Shown here in pieces: positions 49,200 through 59,255 of a stretch of 64,000 nt of DNA (positions within the stretch are counted from its first letter, which is position 1; each line of letters begins with the position of its first letter). Made by a program: the position numbers and the translations under genes. Location of the stretch: NCBI GenBank assembly GCA_963748625.1, contig CAVVJT010000007.1, positions 160,001 to 224,000 on the forward strand, given 5' to 3'. The notes under the pieces were generated by a model. The model did no database searches, had not been told where the DNA came from, and was given only the letters and a program-made list of their open reading frames with translations. Origin of the DNA: an uncultured Chloroflexia bacterium. GTDB taxonomy: Bacteria > Chloroflexota > Limnocylindria > Limnocylindrales > CSP1-4.

Positions 49200-49384
49200 C
49201 GAGAACGTCCCGGCAGGCCGTCCGTCAACCCGCGACCGAACAGTGAATCGGGACTCCAGGCGGCGTCGGCCGTCTAGGCGGCACGGGGGCCCCTGTGGCG
49301 GCACGGGGCCCCTGTGGCCATTCGAGGAGCCGCCCGGCCCGTGGCGCGAGCCGACGGGCGCGGACGGCGGTCGGAGGCTGACTC

Positions 49385-50275
49385 CTAGATCCGGTAGAAC
49401 TTCTCCGCGTTCCGGAAGAGCATCTTCTCCTGCTCGTCGCGGCTGAAGCTCTCGGCCAGGATCGTGCGGTACGCGTCCGTCTGCTCCAGGTACGTGGCGT
49501 ACAGGATGTCCACGGGCCAGTTGGTGCCGATCATCACCCGGTCCGGGCCGAAGGCCTCGATGCAGTGCATCACCCACGGCCGGATGGAGTCGATCGTCCA
49601 GCGGTTGTCGGCCATCCCGAACCCGGACACCTTGCAGGCGACGTTCGGCGCCTCGGCGAGCGCCGACATCTCGCTCTTCCACTGGGCGAAGTAGTCGGCG
49701 TCGCGCTGGACCGGGAAGCCGGCATGGCCGAGGATGACCTGGATGTCCGGGAACGCAAGCGCGACATCACGCCCGCTGATGAGCTTGCCCGGCGAGGCGT
49801 TGAGCTCGTAGGAGAGGCCGTGCTGGCGGAGCGCCGCGTAGCCCTTGCGGAACGTGGGGTTCTCGGCATCATCGGGATGGGACCGGATCCGGACGCCCCG
49901 CGTCAGGCTCGAGGCCTCGAGGTGGCGGACCAGCTGGGCCTCGCCGTCCTCGGCCTCGATGTCGCAGAAGACGACCAGCGCGTTGGGGAACCCGAACTCC
50001 TTCGCCACGGCGTCCAGCCACAGCGTCTCCTCGACCGGGTCCGGTCCGGCGTAGGCGGCCTCCACGTGGACGGACTTGATGACGTTGGCGCCGTAGAACT
50101 CCTTGAAGAAGCGCCACGGGTTGCCGATGGTCGAGCGGATCATCTTGTAGTCGCCCAGGAGTCCCGTGTGGCCCGCCCACCCCGGCTCCGTGAGCCAGTC
50201 GTAGTGGAACCGATCGAGCTCCCACAGGTGGTGGTGAGTATCGACCATCGGGATGCTGCGATCGACGTCGGTCAC
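49385..50275 (-). CDS. Amidohydrolase_2 family, sugar lactonase-like (L-fuconolactonase family)
   Basis: VDTHHHLW, SVHVEA, RGVR, GHAGFP, NVACKVSG, FGPDRVMIGTNWPV. Confidence 0.88.
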   Translation of the reverse strand: MTDVDRSIPMVDTHHHLWELDRFHYDWLTEPGWAGHTGLLGDYKMIRSTIGNPWRFFKEFYGANVIKSVHVEAAYAGPDPVEETLWLDAVAKEFGFPNALVVFCDIEAEDGEAQLVRHLEASSLTRGVRIRSHPDDAENPTFRKGYAALRQHGLSYELNASPGKLISGRDVALAFPDIQVILGHAGFPVQRDADYFAQWKSEMSALAEAPNVACKVSGFGMADNRWTIDSIRPWVMHCIEAFGPDRVMIGTNWPVDILYATYLEQTDAYRTILAESFSRDEQEKMLFRNAEKFYRI

Positions 50276-50356
50276 GTGGCTTCCTCCTTGGCTACCCTGT
50301 TCCCGCTGATGCTAGGCTGCCGCGCCGGCCCGCCGGCGCGCGTCGCTGCCGGCACG

Positions 50357-51677
50357 CTACCGCGTGGCCAGCCGCATGGCGATGTCCGCCCACTCCCACA
50401 GGCGCTGCGGCTGGCCGCGGACGGTGCTGATGCCCTTGAAGATGAGCTCCACCGCGCAGCTGTGGCTCGCACACCGGTCGAGCGTGTCCTTCAGGTCACG
50501 CTCGACCAGGCCCGGATCCCACGAGTTCCCGGCCACGTACGACGGGTTGGGCTTGCGCGAGAAGACGTAGTCCGTCCCGATCTCGGCCGCCCCACGCTCC
50601 ACGTCTGCGAGCTGGGTGATCGAGACCTTCCGCACGTTGGGGACCATGCGGACGTACTCCATCTTCGTGTCGAGCGCTTCACAGCAGCCGAAGTACACGA
50701 GCCCGAAGCGCTCGCACCAGCGCTTCGCGTAGTCAACCTCGAACTCCTTGAACATCGCCGGCGAGACCGCGGTCAGGATCTGCGCCATGGCGGATGTCCA
50801 CACATCCTTCGGACGGACATGGTCGGGATCGAAGCCCGGGGCGGGAAGATCGTCGGTGTAGGCCCCGGTCGAGCGGATCTTGGACTGGCTGTGCCCGATC
50901 AGGCCCCGTGCCTCGAGATCGTCGAGCCACTCAAGGTGCGTCTCGGTCAGCCGGGCAAGGAGCCGGTGGACGAACTCGGGCCGCGCGCCCAGGTCGTAGA
51001 GGACGTTCTCGGCACCTCGCCAGTAGACGATCTGATCCCACAGCGCCCACGCGACGTTGCCCGCGGTGTCCGGGTACATCCCGGTGACGAGGTCGCGGGT
51101 GCCCGGCTCCGCCGCCAGGCCGGGCCACTGCTGGGCCTCCGGAAGCCAGCCCTGCATCCGGATCGGCATGATGCCGTCGAAGATCTCGTGGGAGCGTGCC
51201 TCCACCATCGCGGTGGCCTCGGCATCGAAGACGACCACCGGCGTGTGGATCTTGTCGATGTCCTCGTCGGTCTGGACCTGGTCGTGGAACTCGTGCGCGA
51301 CGACGTCGTTGCCGGGATCGACAGCTGCCGTGCGTCTCGTGGATCCGGATGCCGAAGCCTTCCATGCGCATGACCTTCGGCATGACCCACACCGGATCGA
51401 CGACCATGTCCACCCGGAAGTGGTTCCACTGGTAGAGGATCCGGCGCAGCATCGTCTCGACGCCACGCCCGAACGGGTCCTCCGCCTGGAGCGTCAGCTC
51501 GTCGTCGACGTTGAGCTCGTGCCACGGGATCCCGTCGATCTGCACCATCGGCCTGACGGGGTGGAGGTCATTGACGGCCTTCCACAGCGAGATCTTCTCC
51601 TGCTGGACCGGCAGGGCCGCGATGTCGGCGACCTGACTCGCAAGCCCGCGGAGGATCATCAGGTCCTTCTGGTTCAT
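50357..51677 (-). pseudogene. UroD/methyltransferase-like TIM-barrel protein, frameshifted near 51333
   Basis: N-terminal part (MNQKD..PWHEL) and C-terminal part (WRGAENVLYDL, VSPAMFKEF, YFGCCE, RKPNP) are in different frames. Confidence 0.75.
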
Positions 51678-51754
51678 CGGCCTACCGTTCCTTCTCACTG
51701 CAGGATCTCAACGGTGGATGTGGGTCCACCCACGCTGCGTCCCGGCTCTCACGA

Positions 51755-51782
51755 ACTGTAGGACAATCCAGCAACTCGTCAA
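51755..51782 (-). promoter_or_regulatory. Promoter with putative GntR/FadR operator 2
   Basis: Minus strand TTGACG-16 bp-TACAGT containing GATTGTCCTACAGT. Confidence 0.8.
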
Positions 51783-51853
51783 GTCCCTTCGGACGCCCCC
51801 GACCAGGGCCGGTCGGGCTGCCGGCAGCGGGTGTGGCCTGCCGCGAGCCGGTC

Positions 51854-52583
51854 CTAGCGGCGCGAGGCCGACGCGTCGAGCTGCACCGGCGGCGCGCCCT
51901 GCGCCGCGGCGATCCTCGCGACCCGCTTGTGCCCGCCCTCGGTGATGTGATCGCTGACGGCCCGAGCGATGTCGTCGGGGTCTCCGGCCCTCACGATCTC
52001 GAGCAGGCGCGCATGGCGCTCCACGACCGCGATGAAGTCCGGCCCATAGTCGCGTCCGTAGAGGTCGCTGAAGATGAGCAGGCGACGGGCGTGCGTGTGG
52101 ATCACCGCGAGATGCTCGAGGAGCAGCTCGTGGCCGCTCAGCGCCGAGAGCGACTCGTGGAACCGGATATCGGCCTCGACCATCTCGTGGACGTCGCCTG
52201 CGTGGGCCGCGTCGGACAGCGCCTGCAGCCGCTCCTCGAGCATCGCCAGCTCCTGGGTCTCGATCCGGCCCTCCTGGGCCGCCGTGCGGGCGGCGATACG
52301 ACTCGAGGAGGTCGCGCATCGTGTAGATCTCGCGCGCGCGTTCCGCCGTGACCATCGTGACCACGGGGCCACGATGGGCGGCCCGCGACACGAGGCCCAA
52401 GTTCGCCAGCACCCGCATCGCCTCGCGGACGGTGCCCCGCGACGTCCCGAGCGTGTGGGCCAGGCTCGCCTCGGACAACTGCTGGCCTGGCGCCAGGCGC
52501 CCTGCGATGACAGCGTCGCGGACATACATGACGACGGCATCCGTGAGGCTCTGGGGTCTGTCGAGCGGGGACAGTTCCTGCAT
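51854..52583 (-). pseudogene. GntR family (FadR/FCD) transcriptional regulator, frameshifted near 52295
   Basis: HTH GRLAPGQQLSEASLAHTLGTSRGTVREAM; FCD part DIRFH..H..H in the next frame; one extra base. Confidence 0.88.
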
Positions 52584-52665
52584 GGCCGGCCTCACCTGTC
52601 GAACTGCGGGAGATGGAGTGCCGCGAGTTGGATGATATCGGGACCCGATCGAGCGACGTAGCCTC

Positions 52666-52693
52666 TTGACGGCATGTCGGATTGTCCTACAAT
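52666..52693 (+). promoter_or_regulatory. Promoter with putative GntR/FadR operator 3
   Basis: TTGACG-16 bp-TACAAT containing GATTGTCCTACAAT; divergent from the gntR gene. Confidence 0.82.
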
Positions 52694-52761
52694 GAAACCC
52701 GGTTGGCAAGACCTGCCGGCTGGCGCCCCTGCGCGTCGTCGTGAGCGAGAGGATCCGCGTG

Positions 52762-53518
52762 ATGGTGAGGCTGCAGTTCTTCGGCACCGCGGGCTACCGG
52801 ATCGTGACCGACTCAGGCGCGACGGTCCTGATCGACCCCTACCTCGACCAGAACGCGGTCTGCCCGATCAAGGCCGCGGACCTCGACTCCGCCGACGTGC
52901 TCCTGATCACCCACAACGCGTATGACCACTTCGGCGATGCGCCGGCCATCATCAAGCGGCTCCGCCCGCTCGTCGTCTGCGCGAAGGACGTCGCCCACAC
53001 GCTGACCAGCGTCCACGATGTGGACCCGGAGCTGATCCGGGTCACGATCTGGGGCCTCCAGATGGAGGTTGCCGGCGTCCGGATCCTGCCGCTCCCGAGC
53101 GCGCACTGGTCCTTCGGCGTCACCCCCACCGGGGAGCTGCTCTCGGGCCCGGCGGTCGGATACCTCGTCGATGCCGGGCCGGGCGTCCGCATCTACCACC
53201 CCGGCGATTCGGCCATCACGACGGACATGCGGCTGTGGGGTGAGCTCTACCGGCCCACCGTGGGCCTGATGGTCATGGCCCTGCCTGAGCTGTCGCTCCC
53301 GCACATGGAGTGCTACCGCTCAGGGCGAGACCACGCCGTACGAGGCCCTCCTGGCCAGCCAGTGGCTGGGCCTCGAGCACGTCGTCACCAGCCACTATCA
53401 AAGCCCGGATCACCCCGATGTCCAGGCCTTCCTGCGACTCGCGGAGGCGACGGCTGAGGCCAAGGGCTATGCGCCCAGGATCAGCGTCCTGCGGGCCGGT
53501 GATGAGATCGATCTCTAG
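52762..53518 (+). pseudogene. MBL-fold metallo-hydrolase (UPF0173-like), frameshifted near 53324
   Basis: LIDPY, THNAYDH, IYHPGDS. Removing one G restores ETTPYEALLASQWLG..SHY..DEIDL* ending at TAG 53518. Confidence 0.8.
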
Positions 53519-53563
53519 GCACGCTGCAATCCCCATTCGCACGCAGTAGAAAGGGCGTCCTGC

Positions 53564-54640
53564 ATGTCGCGAAGAGTCACGCTGGAGGAGTCCTGCGTCG
53601 CTGTCGAGCAGTTCGAGGGCGAGACCGCCGAGCCGCTCCAGGCTCCCGACGGGATGGCGGTCGAGGAGCAGCTCGAGATCTACCGGAAGATGCGCCTCAT
53701 CCGGGAGTTCGACGGCAGCGTCAAGGGGCTCTGGAAGCAGGACTTCATCTACGGGCTCGCGCACTCCTACGTGAGCGCGGAGGCCATCGGCGTCGGCGCC
53801 TGTGCGGCTCTCAGGCCGGATGACCTGATCACGTCGACCCACCGGGGGCACGGCCACACGATCGCCAAGGGTGGCGATCCGCGGCGGATGATGGCCGAGC
53901 TCATGGGCAAGGCGGCCGGCTACTGCGGTGGCAAGGGCGGCTCGATGCACATCGCGGCCGTGGACCTGGGCATGCTGGGCGCGACCGGGATCGTCGGCAG
54001 CGCGATGCCCATCGCGGTCGGGGCCGCGCTCACGGCCAAGACGCTCCAGCGCGACAACGTGACCGTCTGCTTCCACGGCGATGGGTCCACCAACCAGGGC
54101 GTCTGGCACGAGTCCATCAACCTCGCCGCAGTGTGGAACCTGCCGGTGATCTTCGTGTGCGAGAACAACCAGTGGGCGATCAGCCTGCCCTATGACCAGG
54201 CGTCCAAGAACCCGAGGGTGTCCGATCGGGCGGCGGGCTACGGCATCCCCGGCGTGACCGTCGACGGGTTCAACCCGTTCGCGGTCTACAACGCCGTGCG
54301 GATCGCGGCCGAGCGAGCCCGGGCGGGCGAGGGACCCACCCTCATCGAGGCCCGGTTCTACCGCTACATCGGCCACTTCGTCGCCGACGACGAGCGCTAC
54401 CGCGATACCAACTGCAACGTCCTGTGGGAGCGGTTCGACCCGCTCACCCGCATGGAGCGGTACCTCGTCGACTCCGGGACGGCGACCGAGGCGTGGATCG
54501 CGGAGGCGACCGCCGAGGCCCAGGCGATCGTTGCGGACGCGATCGAGTTCGCGAAGGCGGCGCCGGCGCCGGAGCCGGACACCCTGTACACGGGGATGTA
54601 CTCGCCGGAGTTCATGGAAGCCCAGGGGATCAAGCTGTGA
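53564..54640 (+). CDS. TPP-dependent 2-oxoacid/acetoin dehydrogenase E1 alpha
   Basis: STHRGHGH, GKGGSMH, GDG..NN TPP motif, YRYIGH. Confidence 0.93.
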   Translation: MSRRVTLEESCVAVEQFEGETAEPLQAPDGMAVEEQLEIYRKMRLIREFDGSVKGLWKQDFIYGLAHSYVSAEAIGVGACAALRPDDLITSTHRGHGHTIAKGGDPRRMMAELMGKAAGYCGGKGGSMHIAAVDLGMLGATGIVGSAMPIAVGAALTAKTLQRDNVTVCFHGDGSTNQGVWHESINLAAVWNLPVIFVCENNQWAISLPYDQASKNPRVSDRAAGYGIPGVTVDGFNPFAVYNAVRIAAERARAGEGPTLIEARFYRYIGHFVADDERYRDTNCNVLWERFDPLTRMERYLVDSGTATEAWIAEATAEAQAIVADAIEFAKAAPAPEPDTLYTGMYSPEFMEAQGIKL

Positions 54641-55659
54641 CGGACATCCAGACGAGCGGCGCGGCCGCCGCCCCCGCCCTGGCGAAGACGCTGACCATCA
54701 AGCAGGCGATCAACGAGACGCTGTTCGAGGAGATGCGCCGCGATCCCACGGTCGTGATCCTCGGCTGCGATGTCGGCATCCGCGGCAACCCGTTCGGCGT
54801 GACCAAGGGACTCTACGAGGAGTTTGGAGCGGGCCGCGTGCTCGACACGCCGATCTCGGAGGCGGCCATCATCGGCAGCAGCCTCGGCGCCGCCGCCACC
54901 GGGCTGCGGCCGATCGCCGAGATCCTGTTCTCCGACTGGATCACCATCGGCATGGATCAGCTGGTCAACCAGGTGGCCAAGATCCGGTACATGTTCGGGG
55001 GTGCGATCAGCGTCCCGCTCGTGATCCGGGCCCCGGTAGGCGCCGGCGGCGGCCAGGCAGCCCAGCACTCGCAGTCGTTCGAGTCGTGGTTCAGCCACGT
55101 GCCGGGTCTCCAGGTCGTGATGCCGATCACGCCGTACGACGTCAAGGGCCTCCTCAAGACCTCGCTCCGGTCGAACGACCCGGTCCTCTTCTTCGAGCAC
55201 AAGCGCGGCTACGAGATCAAGGGCGAGGTGCCGCTGGAGGACTACACGATCCCGTTCGGCCAGGCGGCCATCGCCCGCACCGGCGCCGACGTGACGGTCG
55301 TCGCCATCTCGATCATGCGTCACAAGGCCATGGCGGCCGCGGCGGAACTGGCCGAGCAGGGCATCGAGTGCGAGGTCATCGACCCGCGGACGATCTACCC
55401 GTTCGACTACGACACGGTGCTTGCCTCGCTCGAGAAGACACATCGCCTCGTGGTCGTCCACGAATCCAATCGCCGGAGCGGCATCGGCGGCGAGATCGTG
55501 TCCCAGGTGGCGGAACGGGCGTTCCGGACGCTCCATGCCCCGCCGGTCATCGTCGCCGGGCTTGATGTTCCCATGCCCTACAACCGCACCCTCGAGTCCC
55601 TGGTCATCCCCAACGAGGAGCGGATCAAGCAGGCCGTTCTCACGGTGATGGCCGGGTAG
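54637..55659 (+). CDS. 2-oxoacid/acetoin dehydrogenase E1 beta
   Basis: DTPISEAAI, DQLVNQVAK, AQHSQS, EVIDPRT. Confidence 0.93.
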   Translation: MTDIQTSGAAAAPALAKTLTIKQAINETLFEEMRRDPTVVILGCDVGIRGNPFGVTKGLYEEFGAGRVLDTPISEAAIIGSSLGAAATGLRPIAEILFSDWITIGMDQLVNQVAKIRYMFGGAISVPLVIRAPVGAGGGQAAQHSQSFESWFSHVPGLQVVMPITPYDVKGLLKTSLRSNDPVLFFEHKRGYEIKGEVPLEDYTIPFGQAAIARTGADVTVVAISIMRHKAMAAAAELAEQGIECEVIDPRTIYPFDYDTVLASLEKTHRLVVVHESNRRSGIGGEIVSQVAERAFRTLHAPPVIVAGLDVPMPYNRTLESLVIPNEERIKQAVLTVMAG

Positions 55660-55682
55660 CCGGCAGCGGCAAGGAGGAAGCG

Positions 55683-55961
55683 GTGGCAACCCTGTTCGCG
55701 ATGCCGAAGCTCGGCATGAACATGGAGGAGGGCGTCCTCGTCGGGTGGCTCGTGGCCGAGGGGTCCGAGGTCCGGACGGGCCAGCCCATCCTCGAGATCG
55801 AGACCGACAAGACGACGGTCGAGCTCGAGGCGACGGCAGACGGCGTGCTCGCCCGGATCGTCCGGGCCGCGGGCGACACCGTCCCGATCAACGGCGTCCT
55901 CGCGGTGATCCTCGCCCCCGGCGAGGCGCTGCCTGACGACATCCCGGACTCGGCCGTATGA
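55683..55961 (+). CDS. Stand-alone lipoyl domain protein
   Basis: MPKLG..MEEG, EIETDKT; own AGGAGG RBS and stop. Confidence 0.9.
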   Translation: MATLFAMPKLGMNMEEGVLVGWLVAEGSEVRTGQPILEIETDKTTVELEATADGVLARIVRAAGDTVPINGVLAVILAPGEALPDDIPDSAV

Positions 55962-56006
55962 CGGTTGTGCGTCGTGTCTCACCCCAGCCAGTGAACTGAG
56001 GCGAAG

Positions 56007-58227
56007 ATGACCTTGGACTCCGCGCCGGCGGTGGAGATCGCGGAAGGCCGCCGATCCGCCCTCGACTACCCCAACATCCGCGCCTGCGAGGTGCCGTCCA
56101 GCGAGCTTGCCGCCACGCCCAAGCGCACGCTGGCCCTCGGCCTGTTCATGATCCACACGATCCGCCTGTTCGAGCGATGGCTCCTTGACCATGCCGAGCT
56201 TGTCCACGGCCCACTGCACTCGAGCATCGGGCAGGAAGCGGTCGCGGTGGGCACGGCGCTGGCGCTGGAGCCGACGGATCGGATCACCTCGACGCATCGG
56301 GCCCATCACGACGTGCTGGCGAAGCTGATCGCCCACGCCGCACCCGCGGACTTCGACCCGGCGACGGCGACCGAGGTTCCGGCTGCGGTCCATGAGGCCG
56401 TCCTGCGGACGTTCGCCGAGATCCTCGGGCTCGAGCAGGGCCTCTGCGGCGGGCGGGGCGGATCGATGCACCTCGCCGACGTGGACGGCGGCGTCATGAC
56501 AAGCGCGATCGTGGGCGGCGGGATTCCCGTCTCCGCGGGTCAGGCCCTGGCGGCGAAGCTGCGCGGAAATGGGGGCGTCGCCCTCGCCTCATTCGGCGAC
56601 GGTGCGACCTCGATCGGGGCCTTCCACGAGGCGGCCGTGCTCGCCCGGGCCTGGAAGCTGCCAATGATCTTCCTGCTCGAGAACAACCAGTACTCGGTGG
56701 CGACGACCCTGCGCGAGACCGCCGGCTTCGAGGAGCTCGCGATCCGCTCCAGCGGCTACGACATGCCGGCGCTCATCGTGGACGGCATGGATCCGATCGC
56801 GGTACTGACAGCGATGACCGCGGCGCGCGCACGGGCCGTCCGCGAGGGCCCCGTGTTCGTCGAGGCGGTGACCTACCGCTACTACCACCAGAACGGGCCG
56901 CTGCCCGGCAGTGCGTTCAAGTACCGGACGAAGGACGAGGAGCGGCACTGGGCCACGCTCGACCCTGTCCAGGTCTTTCCCGCGGAAGCTGCTCGATGCC
57001 GGTCTGCTCGGCGCGGCCGAGGCCGACCGTGTCGAGGAGCTCGCCAGGTCGCTCGTCGCCGGCTGTGCGTCCGCGGTCACCGAGGAGACCGCCGACGGCC
57101 TGCGCATCCCGCCGTCGCTCTACCCATCGACAGCCGACGCGGGCCGGGGCCTGCTGGGTCCCGGCGTCACCGACGTGCCGCCCGACCTCCTCGACACGAC
57201 CCCCGTCGCCGGGGGCGCGGAGATCACCTACGGCGCGGCGGTCTCGGGCGTGATCGCTCGCTGGCTGGAGCGGGACCCCGAGGCGTTCGTCCTCGGGGAG
57301 GAGGTCGGCCACCTGGGCGGCGGCGTCATGGGGTTCACCAAGGGCGCCCTCGCAACGGCCCCGGAGCGGGTCCTCAGCACGCCCATCTGCGAGAACGGGT
57401 TCACGGGTGCCGCCTTCGGGGCGGCCCTCTCCGGGATGCACCCGATCGTGGAGTTCATGTACCCCGACTTCACGCTCGAAGCGGCCGACCAGCTGTTCAA
57501 CCACATCCCGAAGGCCCGCTACATGTTCGGCGGGATCCACCAGATCCCGCTCGTCGTGCGGACGCAGATCAGCCGTGGACGCGGCTACGGGCCCCAGCAC
57601 GGGTGCGACCCGGCGGCGCTGTTCGCGGTCTACCCCGGGTGGAGGGTCGCATCGCCGTCGACTGCGGCCGAGTATGTCGGGCTGTTCAACGCGGCCATGC
57701 TCAGCCGCGACCCTGTCCTGGTCATCGACGACCACCGCCTGACCAAGACCACGGCGGCGCTCCCGGCCGGGGGCATGGACCACGTCATCCCGCCGGGCAC
57801 GGCCCGCCTCGTGCGCGCTGGCCGCGATGCGACCGTCGTCGCCTGGGGCTACGGGCTCCAGCGGGTCCTGGCCGTGGCAGAGCGCCTGGACGCTGAGGGG
57901 ATCTCGGTCGAGGTCATCGACCCCCGCTGGCTGGACCGGGCCAGCTTCGACCGGGCGACGGTGCTGGCATCCGTTGCACGCACCGGGGGGCTGGTGATCG
58001 TCGAGGATGCCCAGCGCAGCCTCTCGATGGGCAGCCAGATCCTGGACTACCTGCTGCCGGACCTGTTCGAGCACCTGCGGACGGCGCCCATCCGGGTGAC
58101 CGGCGAGGACGTGTATTCACCGGTCTCGAAGCCGCTCGAGACGTTCGTCCACCTGCGCGACGAGAACGTCGAGGCGGGCATCCGGACGGTGACAACGGCG
58201 GCGACCGCCGGGAGGGCACGACGATGA
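56007..58227 (+). pseudogene. Fused E1 alpha-beta TPP-dependent dehydrogenase, frameshifted near 56978
   Basis: Alpha part (IGQEA, GRGGSMH, GDG..ENNQY) joins the beta part (STPICENG, DQLFNH, GPQH) after removing one base in TTTCCC. Confidence 0.87.
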
Positions 58228-58469
58228 GCGATCCGACGCGGCTCCGGATGCCCAACCTCGGGGCCGAGGCGACTGGCGGCACGATCGTCGCCTGGCTCCG
58301 GGCCGTCGGCGACGAGGTCGTCGCGGGCGAGGTGGTCGCCGAGATCGAGACCGAGAAGGCGACCGTCGAGCTCGAGGCGCCGGTCGCCGGGCGCATCTCC
58401 GAGATCACGCAGCCTGTCGGAGCGGAGGTCGCGGTAGGCGAAACGCTCGCGCTCATCGAGCCAGGGTGA
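58224..58469 (+). CDS. Second stand-alone lipoyl domain protein
   Basis: MPNLG, EIETEKA, EAPVAG; ATGA overlap. Confidence 0.9.
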   Translation: MSDPTRLRMPNLGAEATGGTIVAWLRAVGDEVVAGEVVAEIETEKATVELEAPVAGRISEITQPVGAEVAVGETLALIEPG

Positions 58470-58569
58470 CCAAGGCGGTCGAGCCGCTGCCACGCATCGC
58501 ATCCATCGCCGGGCCGAGGCCCGCGCGCAACTCCAGCAGCAGCACCAGACAGAAGAGGAGTACACGACG

Positions 58570-59193
58570 ATGGCTGATCTGACGGCACTGGGCAAGGCAA
58601 TCGAGGCCGGCGACCGAGCGACCGCTGTGGCGCTCACGAACGAGGCGCTCGAGACTGGCGTGCCGGCCCAGGAGATCCTCGACGCGATGACCGACGCGAT
58701 GGCGGTGACCGGCGTTCGGTTCCAGGCCAATGAGATCTTCGTGCCCGAGATGCTGATCGCCGCGCGCGCCATGAAGGAGGCGATGGCGGTCCTCGAGCCC
58801 GTGCTGGCAGGCGCCGGCATCAAGCCCGAGGTCACGGCCGTGCTCGGCACCGTGAAGGGCGACCTCCACGACATCGGCAAGAACCTCGTGGGCATGATGT
58901 GGAAGGGCGCGAACATCGCGGTGATCGACCTGGGCACGAACGTCCCCCCGGAGCGCTTCGGCGAGGCCGCCAAGGAGCACGGCGCCAAGCTGGTCGGGAT
59001 CTCCGCCCTGCTGACCACGACGATGGTCGGCATGAAGGACGCGGTGGACGCCATCCGGGCCCAGCAGCCCGACGCGAAGATCATCGTCGGCGGCGCGCCC
59101 GTCACCCCGGAGTTCGCCATGGAGATCGGGGCGGACGGATACGCGCCCGATGCCGGGGCTGCCGTGGATGTCGCGCACCAGGTACTGGCGTAG
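58570..59193 (+). CDS. Corrinoid (cobalamin-binding) methyl-carrier protein, MtbC/MtqC-like
   Basis: Four-helix cap FVPEMLIAARAM; GDLHDIGKNLV (DxHxxG); SALLTTTM; VGGAP. Confidence 0.95.
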   Translation: MADLTALGKAIEAGDRATAVALTNEALETGVPAQEILDAMTDAMAVTGVRFQANEIFVPEMLIAARAMKEAMAVLEPVLAGAGIKPEVTAVLGTVKGDLHDIGKNLVGMMWKGANIAVIDLGTNVPPERFGEAAKEHGAKLVGISALLTTTMVGMKDAVDAIRAQQPDAKIIVGGAPVTPEFAMEIGADGYAPDAGAAVDVAHQVLA

Positions 59194-59255
59194 TCGAAGC
59201 AGCCCGACCCAGCTGGCGCCCGAGGGTCACGCACCCTCGGGCTGGAAGGACGTCC

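Noticed and set aside
52690-52760. Cobalamin or TPP riboswitch upstream of the B12/TPP operon
   Set aside because: The leader is only ~60 nt and lacks the B12-box or THI-box consensus.
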